Part shown: piece after piece, positions 58,770-64,000 of the stretch
Numbering within the stretch: position 1 is the stretch's first letter
Layout: every line of letters begins with the position of its first letter
Assembly: GCA_050251875.1 (NCBI GenBank)
Contig: JBFWMA010000004.1
Coordinates: forward strand, 192,001 to 256,000
DNA from: Deferribacterales bacterium
GTDB taxonomy: Bacteria; Chrysiogenota; Deferribacteres; Deferribacterales; Geovibrionaceae
Length of the DNA stretch: 64,000 bases
Direction of reading: 5' to 3'
The notes under the pieces: model-generated
What the model was told of the DNA's origin: nothing
Databases searched by the model: none
What the model saw: only the letters and a program-made list of their open reading frames with translations
Made by a program: the position numbers and the translations under genes

Positions 58770-59480
58770 CTAAAAGATCTCACATAAGAAGGCTAAGTTG
58801 TCTTTGTCATAGATGGAGAATATCTTGCTGTTCTCTGTTTCGGAATATTTTGTGACGACCTCTTCGGTGTCAGGCTTTATCTCGTGGCTGTAGAACATGC
58901 CGATGGTCTTGCCTGTGAAGTCTATATGGCGTGAAACGGTGCTGACTATCTCTGCGTAACGGATATTGTTCATGTGTCCGTTTATGTCGAAATCCGCCGG
59001 ACGCAGACCGATCACTTTTTCGGATAAGAAGCTGTCAGCCTCTTTTCTGTCCCATTTTTCTATAACACTGCCCATGTGCGGCACGTCTTCGCTTTCATAG
59101 TTCTTTATCATCTCCGGGGTGACTCTGACGGGGCGTTTTTTTACTATATCCAGATACAGCCATATGCTGGAGCCTCTGACGCACACTTCGCCGTCAGCTG
59201 TTATTTCATAGTTTCTAAAGCCTCTGAACTTATCCATTCCGGCAGACCATGTTTTCACCGTGAGCTGTCTGCCGAACTCCGGAAAAAAGACGGGCTGTAT
59301 CATTATGCGGTTCAGTATCCAGATATTGCCCTGACCCATGTAGCTGTCGGCGGGATAGCCAACGCTGGCGGAGTGGAGGATAGCCGCTTCCTGAAAAATC
59401 TTCAGCACAGCGTCAAATCTGAGCGTGCCGTCTGATCCGTAATCGGATATGTCATTGTTGTGTTGGTATGAATAGAACAT
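58770..59480 (-). CDS. Acyl-ACP thioesterase family protein
   Basis: FQEAA..HS, W.L.R, V.TW and DFDINGHMNN.RY double hot-dog motifs. Confidence 0.85.
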   Translation of the reverse strand: MFYSYQHNNDISDYGSDGTLRFDAVLKIFQEAAILHSASVGYPADSYMGQGNIWILNRIMIQPVFFPEFGRQLTVKTWSAGMDKFRGFRNYEITADGEVCVRGSSIWLYLDIVKKRPVRVTPEMIKNYESEDVPHMGSVIEKWDRKEADSFLSEKVIGLRPADFDINGHMNNIRYAEIVSTVSRHIDFTGKTIGMFYSHEIKPDTEEVVTKYSETENSKIFSIYDKDNLAFLCEIF

Positions 59481-59581
59481 TTAACATGTTAACAATAATT
59501 TTCAGCTCCGGTCAATATTAAATAATATGGATATTTTGTATAGATCATCTATAATAGCCCTGATTAAAAAAGGAGGAATGA

Positions 59582-60046
59582 ATGAGCATTAAGATTGAAA
59601 AGTTCGAGCCTATAAAAACAGCTTCCGTCAGACATGTCGGTCCCTATGAGGCTGTTACGTCCGCATGGATGACTCTGCTGATGAGCCCCGCCGTGATGCC
59701 CTGCATCAACCAGAACACAATGTATATCGGAATCTGCTATGACGACCCCAGAAAGGTAGCGGCGGAAGAGCTGAGATATGATGCGTGTGTTTCTGCGGTG
59801 GAAGGATTCTCCGAGGCTGCTCCCGTGAAGGCTCTCACCATAGATGGCGGCGATTACGCCGTATACAGACACATAGGCAGCTACAAAGCATTCGCCGAGG
59901 TCTATCCCGAAATATATGAAAAACTGATCCCCGAAAGCGGCAGAAAGCCCAAGAGCGGCGCCGCTTCCCTTCAGATATACAGAAATCTTCCTATCAATAC
60001 ACCGGAAGATCAGCTCATCACAGACATCTGCGTGGCGCTGGACTAA
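59582..60046 (+). CDS. GyrI-like small-molecule-binding protein
   Basis: RHVGPY, YDDP....EELRYDAC, GG.YA...H.GSY and YRN.P......LITDI. Confidence 0.9.
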   Translation: MSIKIEKFEPIKTASVRHVGPYEAVTSAWMTLLMSPAVMPCINQNTMYIGICYDDPRKVAAEELRYDACVSAVEGFSEAAPVKALTIDGGDYAVYRHIGSYKAFAEVYPEIYEKLIPESGRKPKSGAASLQIYRNLPINTPEDQLITDICVALD

Positions 60047-60053
60047 AAAAGAT

Positions 60054-60081
60054 AAGGCGGGTAATTACCCGCCTTTTTTTT
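60054..60081. terminator. Terminator between convergent genes
   Basis: AAGGCGGGT/ACCCGCCTT stem with T tract. Confidence 0.75.
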
Positions 60082-60454
60082 ATGATATGTCAGTGATAGA
60101 ACAGATCTTGCCGTCTTTCAGCTTATACTCCGATCTGCCTTTCAGCTTCAGTTCGTCCCCTTTTTCCAGTCCGTTTGGCAGGTCTTCGGCTATTTTTCCG
60201 TAGAAATCTATCTCAACGTTTATGCCGCCGCCGTCATCAGTCATGGCGGTTATGGTCTGTTTTCTTTCGTCAAACAGGTTCAGCGATGTCCCGGCAAGAT
60301 TTTCGAATTCTGCTATGCCGCTCGTTTTCACATCTGTACTGCCGCCGATGATGTTTTCGAAAACGATGTCGTCCGTCAGCAGATCGAGCATGCCGTCAAG
60401 GTCAAACTCGTTATAGCAGGATATAAACCGCTTAACTATTTCCTGTCTTTCCAT
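60080..60454 (-). CDS. SnoaL/NTF2-like protein
   Basis: FI..YN.FD.DGM......DIVFEN and L.G.S......GKI..ITD.S pattern. Confidence 0.8.
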   Translation of the reverse strand: MERQEIVKRFISCYNEFDLDGMLDLLTDDIVFENIIGGSTDVKTSGIAEFENLAGTSLNLFDERKQTITAMTDDGGGINVEIDFYGKIAEDLPNGLEKGDELKLKGRSEYKLKDGKICSITDIS

Positions 60455-60462
60455 TTTATCTC

Positions 60463-61158
60463 CTAGTTCAGCATGCCCAGAATATAAGGCACGGCGTATT
60501 CCGTTGTCAGGATTCTCTCGCCCAGAGAGAATGGCTTGAATCCGTTGCGGATAAAGCTGTCCGCCTCCTTATCTATGAAACCGCCCTCACAGCCGATGGC
60601 GACCACGGCGGGTTTGGTGAATTCTGTTTCAGAGGAATCGTAAGGATGGGCGAAATATCTGTTCTCCGCCGGCAGTGACGGCAGAGCGTCATTGATGAAA
60701 TCATTAAAAAACCTGTGATATGTCAGCTTAGGCATGATGGTGTCTTTCGCCTGCTGGAGAGCGTCATAGAAATATTCGTTCAGTCTGGCTTTCTCCAGAT
60801 ATGGACTGTCCCAGTAGCTTTTGTCCACACGCCATGTGTTGATGATGTGTATGTCCTTCACCCCGGCGGTGGCTATGCCGAAAATTATTCTGCGGTATAC
60901 CTTAGGGCGGGGCAGGGCGAGGATCACTGTCACCCCTGACGGAGCAGGCGGGTCTTCCGTGTGGCTCATCTTCAGCATCACGCTGTTGCTGTTCATGAAG
61001 AGAATGACGGATGTGCCCATCTGTCCGCCCAAAAGCCCTGTTTTGATAACCGAGCCTACCTTTCCTTTCAGAACGTCTCTGATATGTTTGAACCTGTCGC
61101 CTTTGATGGTGGCGTTTGTGCCGTTGGTTTCTTCCGGTCGGATTAATATTATGTTCAT
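60463..61158 (-). CDS. rsmE: 16S rRNA m3U1498 methyltransferase (RsmE family)
   Basis: HI..VL, LALPRPK, IG.EGGF...E and LGERIL.TE.A SPOUT motifs. Confidence 0.85.
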   Translation of the reverse strand: MNIILIRPEETNGTNATIKGDRFKHIRDVLKGKVGSVIKTGLLGGQMGTSVILFMNSNSVMLKMSHTEDPPAPSGVTVILALPRPKVYRRIIFGIATAGVKDIHIINTWRVDKSYWDSPYLEKARLNEYFYDALQQAKDTIMPKLTYHRFFNDFINDALPSLPAENRYFAHPYDSSETEFTKPAVVAIGCEGGFIDKEADSFIRNGFKPFSLGERILTTEYAVPYILGMLN

Positions 61159-61185
61159 TCAGATGTTATATATGAAAAAAAGAAT

Positions 61186-61213
61186 AAAAAAAAGGGCGGT
61201 TGTTACACCGCCC
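61186..61213 (-). terminator. Intrinsic terminator after cstA
   Basis: GGGCGGT/ACCGCCC stem with A8 on the plus strand. Confidence 0.75.
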
Positions 61214-61229
61214 AAAGGGGTTAAGATAC

Positions 61230-62648
61230 CTATGCTGTTTCAGAACAGCCGCATGATGCGTTACGGAACTTTATAAAGAACGCCGCAGTGGATATGACCG
61301 CCACAACGATTCCTATTATTGTTGATATGTTCAGGTTGAGCCCGAAGCCTATCTTTTCATACGCCAGATATGTTGTTACCACCGCTGTCATAAAAATAGC
61401 GGGGATAGAAGCTATCCAGTGGGGTTTGCCGTTCTGCGCAAGATATGCGGCGGCAGTCCACAGAACTATAGTAGCCAGAGTCTGGTTTGCCCATCCGAAA
61501 TATCTCCAGATCAGGTCGAAGTTGCTGGTGGAGATCAGATATCCCACTATGAAAAGGGGAATGGAGATATAGAGTCTTTTCATGTTGGGTCGCTGATCCA
61601 GTTTCAGCATGTCGGCGATGATGAGTCTGGCGCTTCTGAAAGCTGTGTCTCCGGATGTGATAGGCAGGATCACAACACCTATAATAGCGAGGATACCGCC
61701 GAAATGTCCGAGCAGGGTTGTGGAGACCTGATTAACGACATATGCGGGACCGCCCTGTGCCAGAGCCGCTCCCAGCTCAGCTGAGCCGTGATAGAAAGAC
61801 ATGCCCAGTGTCGCCCATACCAGAGCGATAGCGCCTTCGCCTATCATAGCGCCATAGAAAACGGGGCGTCCGTATTTTTCATTTTTAAGACATCTTGCCA
61901 TCAGAGGAGACTGAGTGGCGTGGAATCCGCTGACAGCTCCGCAGGCTATGGTGATGAACATCAGAGGCCACAGGGGAAGCTGTTTCGGGTGAACGTTCAT
62001 CAGAGTCTTTTCGGGGAAGAGGTCATATCCCTTAGCCAGAAGCGCAACGGTGAGACCTATCGCCATGAACATAAGCACAGCGCCGAAAAGAGGATATATA
62101 CGTCCGATAATCTGGTGGATAGGGAGAAGAGTGGCGAGGAAATAATAACCGAAGATTATTCCCACCAGAGCCATCACGGGGAGTGATGTCATGTTTGCCA
62201 GCAGTTTGGCGGGTCCCAGAACAAAAACAACGCCCACCAGAAGAAGAAGGATGACTGAGAAAGCTCTCATGAACTGTTTGAAGAAATTGCCGAGATTTTC
62301 ACCCACAACATCGGGAACGCTCACGCCGTTATAGCGGATGGAGAGCATTCCTGAGAAATAGTCGTGCACCGCTCCGGCGAATATGCTTCCGATAACGATC
62401 CACAGCAGGGCGGAAGGCCCGTACAGAGCGCCCAGAATAGGTCCGAATATGGGTCCGAGTCCGGCTATGTTCAGAAGCTGGATAAGCCAGATCTTCCATG
62501 TGGGCATCTCCACAAAGTCAACGCCGTCATTGAGTGTCACGGCGGGGGTGGGTCTGTTTTCATCAGATCCGAAAATGCGGTCAACCAGTGTGCCGTATGT
62601 AAAATAACCGATAATGAGTAATGCTAAGCAACCAAAGAAAATCAGCAT
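61230..62648 (-). CDS. cstA: Carbon starvation protein A family transporter
   Basis: DGVDFV, NIAGLGPIFGPI, GAVHDY, IACGAVSGFHATQ, ITSGDTAFR and WRYFGWANQ. Confidence 0.93.
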   Translation of the reverse strand: MLIFFGCLALLIIGYFTYGTLVDRIFGSDENRPTPAVTLNDGVDFVEMPTWKIWLIQLLNIAGLGPIFGPILGALYGPSALLWIVIGSIFAGAVHDYFSGMLSIRYNGVSVPDVVGENLGNFFKQFMRAFSVILLLLVGVVFVLGPAKLLANMTSLPVMALVGIIFGYYFLATLLPIHQIIGRIYPLFGAVLMFMAIGLTVALLAKGYDLFPEKTLMNVHPKQLPLWPLMFITIACGAVSGFHATQSPLMARCLKNEKYGRPVFYGAMIGEGAIALVWATLGMSFYHGSAELGAALAQGGPAYVVNQVSTTLLGHFGGILAIIGVVILPITSGDTAFRSARLIIADMLKLDQRPNMKRLYISIPLFIVGYLISTSNFDLIWRYFGWANQTLATIVLWTAAAYLAQNGKPHWIASIPAIFMTAVVTTYLAYEKIGFGLNLNISTIIGIVVAVISTAAFFIKFRNASCGCSETA

Positions 62649-62714
62649 GGTTTACCTCCGTTAAGATATAGATAATTATAAAAGAATTGTAAGGAATATG
62701 TATGGGCTAAGGGG

Positions 62715-62763
62715 TCAGCGGTCATATAATCTCGCCAGCGGTCATAATAAGAGATTAAACGGC
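62715..62763 (-). promoter_or_regulatory. LytTR-type direct-repeat operator upstream of cstA
   Basis: Minus strand GCCGTTTA-N13-ACCGCTGG-N12-ACCGCTGA; CAGCGGTCATA is exactly duplicated at 62716 and 62736; TACAAT -10 at 62686-62691. Confidence 0.65.
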
Positions 62764-62993
62764 GACCGCTGTTCATGTTTTAGCTGTAAAGTTTGTAAAG
62801 GATTGGTAAATAAGAATTAATATAACAAAAAGTGAAACCTGTAAGTTGTTTATAAACAGGAGGAATAAGGTATATTTGTTTATTGTTATAGTCTAAATAA
62901 CTGATATATAAGAGATAAAACGTTATTTAATTATTGACATCAATATTTATGAGCATATGCTGGCAATATGATGTTTCAAAAAGGGGGCAGGAT

Positions 62994-63326
62994 ATGAGTT
63001 TCAAAGAGAAAATGGCGGAATACGGCGAAAATTTCAGCCGTAAAGCGGTGTTTGATGTGATTCTGAGCTGTAAGATCTGCATCGTCATAGTGTTCGGCAT
63101 CTATGCGGCGGTCTTCTGGGTCAGCGCTCTGCCGAAGGCTTATGCGTTCAGCCTTGCGCCGAAAGTCATAATGACACTGCTGTGCGCTCTTTTCAGCACG
63201 ATCATCACTATGCCGCTGTATTTCGTGGGCATGGTGGTTCTGGGTCTGATGTTCCGTGTGTGTCAGGACGGCAGATGCTGTCTGTGCAGCGGAATCAAGA
63301 AGCTGATGGGCATCAGCCGGGGTTAG
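62994..63326 (+). CDS. Hypothetical membrane protein
   Basis: About 110 aa, 2-3 hydrophobic segments, Cys-rich tail; purine-rich SD and TTGACA promoter upstream. Confidence 0.6.
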   Translation: MSFKEKMAEYGENFSRKAVFDVILSCKICIVIVFGIYAAVFWVSALPKAYAFSLAPKVIMTLLCALFSTIITMPLYFVGMVVLGLMFRVCQDGRCCLCSGIKKLMGISRG

Positions 63327-64000
63327 ATTCCCAGATGGTCCTTAAGGGTCTTCAGGTATCTCCTGCTGACCGATATCTCTCTGCCCGATCTGGTATAAAG
63401 GCGGGCGGAGAGATTATCATTTATGTTTATCCTGTCTATGGCGGAGATATTTACAAGATACTGCCTGTGGCAGCGGAAAAGGTCTGAGCGGCACTCTATG
63501 ACCTTCAGTGTCAGGTCGGTGAGATATTCGCCGTCTGCTGTAGCCACATGAACTCCGGTAATGTCCGAGCCGATGTATTCCACATCTTTCAGGTCGATCA
63601 GTTTGATGGTGTTTTTTAGAGTGCAGGGGATTTTTGTCAGCGGCATCCGGTCATAAACGGGCTTTTCTCCCTTTTTCAGGGTATCTACTATCTTTTCCAG
63701 AGTCATTTTGAATCTGTCGTCCTCTATGGGTTTCAGCAGATAGTCCAGCGCTTTTTCCTCGAAGGCTTTCAGGGCGTATTCGTCATACGCTGTGACGAAC
63801 ACCACATACGGCATTATGGATTTTTCTATCATGGAGAGCATCTCGAACCCATTCAGCACGGGCATGCTGATGTCCAGAAAGATGATATCCGGGCGCAGAC
63901 TGTTCACCAGACGCACTCCCTCCACGGCATTCGCCCCTTCGGCGGCTATGTCGAACAGTCCGGTTTTTTCCAGCATAAACCTCAGTTCGTCTCTGGCGTA
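63323..64000 (-). CDS. LytTR-family response regulator (BtsR/YehT-like), 5' truncated by the window
   Basis: ARDEL, IFLDISMP, VFVTAYDEYA..AFE..ALDYLLKP, RCHRQYLVN and VSRRYLK. Confidence 0.93.
   Translation of the reverse strand, partial: YARDELRFMLEKTGLFDIAAEGANAVEGVRLVNSLRPDIIFLDISMPVLNGFEMLSMIEKSIMPYVVFVTAYDEYALKAFEEKALDYLLKPIEDDRFKMTLEKIVDTLKKGEKPVYDRMPLTKIPCTLKNTIKLIDLKDVEYIGSDITGVHVATADGEYLTDLTLKVIECRSDLFRCHRQYLVNISAIDRININDNLSARLYTRSGREISVSRRYLKTLKDHLGI

Noticed and set aside
35244..60081. Many terminators share AAGGCGG...CCGCCTT stems (possible uptake sequence or repeat)
   Set aside because: Loops differ and the motif was noticed only at gene ends; ordinary terminator bias is sufficient.
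60463..61158. RsmE motif reads GCEGG instead of GPEGG
   Set aside because: A single substitution in an otherwise intact gene; no evidence of changed function.

Overview
Core-genome-like window of an anaerobic, respiratory Gram-negative bacterium. Gene content and protein style suggest Deferribacterales such as Seleniivibrio, Denitrovibrio or Geovibrio; this is inference, not a database result. In order it holds: thioesterase, DMT and phytase-like genes; tRNA-Pro followed by a small AT-rich islet with a ParDE toxin-antitoxin pair; cowN and a hemerythrin-PAS protein; a ~12 kb tightly packed operon (TetR, SBP-TolC fusion, YhiI-RbbA-YhhJ-like ABC exporter, split PqiA/LetA, 8-MCE LetB-like protein); an ActP-type symporter cluster; a two-component pair; a Tat-exported split-Soret-like cytochrome with NrfC/NrfD partners; a ribose ABC operon; amt; MarR-pirin; a Cache kinase with an HD-GYP regulator; argCJ; a [NiFe]-hydrogenase-chemoreceptor operon; hemL; the F0 part of ATP synthase; an 11-heme cytochrome; yedF-like, rhomboid, hypCD and hflX; two tRNA-Ser; and cstA with a LytTR regulator. 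The best candidate for a new system is a Tat-signal [NiFe]-hydrogenase whose large subunit has no C-terminal maturation extension, coupled to a chemoreceptor with a periplasmic CxxCH heme motif (possible H2-taxis sensor). Also notable: a ~130 bp structured repeat family with covarying stems and GGA loops, one copy of which sits in the argC 3' end beside a synonymously recoded duplicate of that end; and a probable ATT start codon for hflX. Product calls rest on motif recognition by eye; no searches were run.
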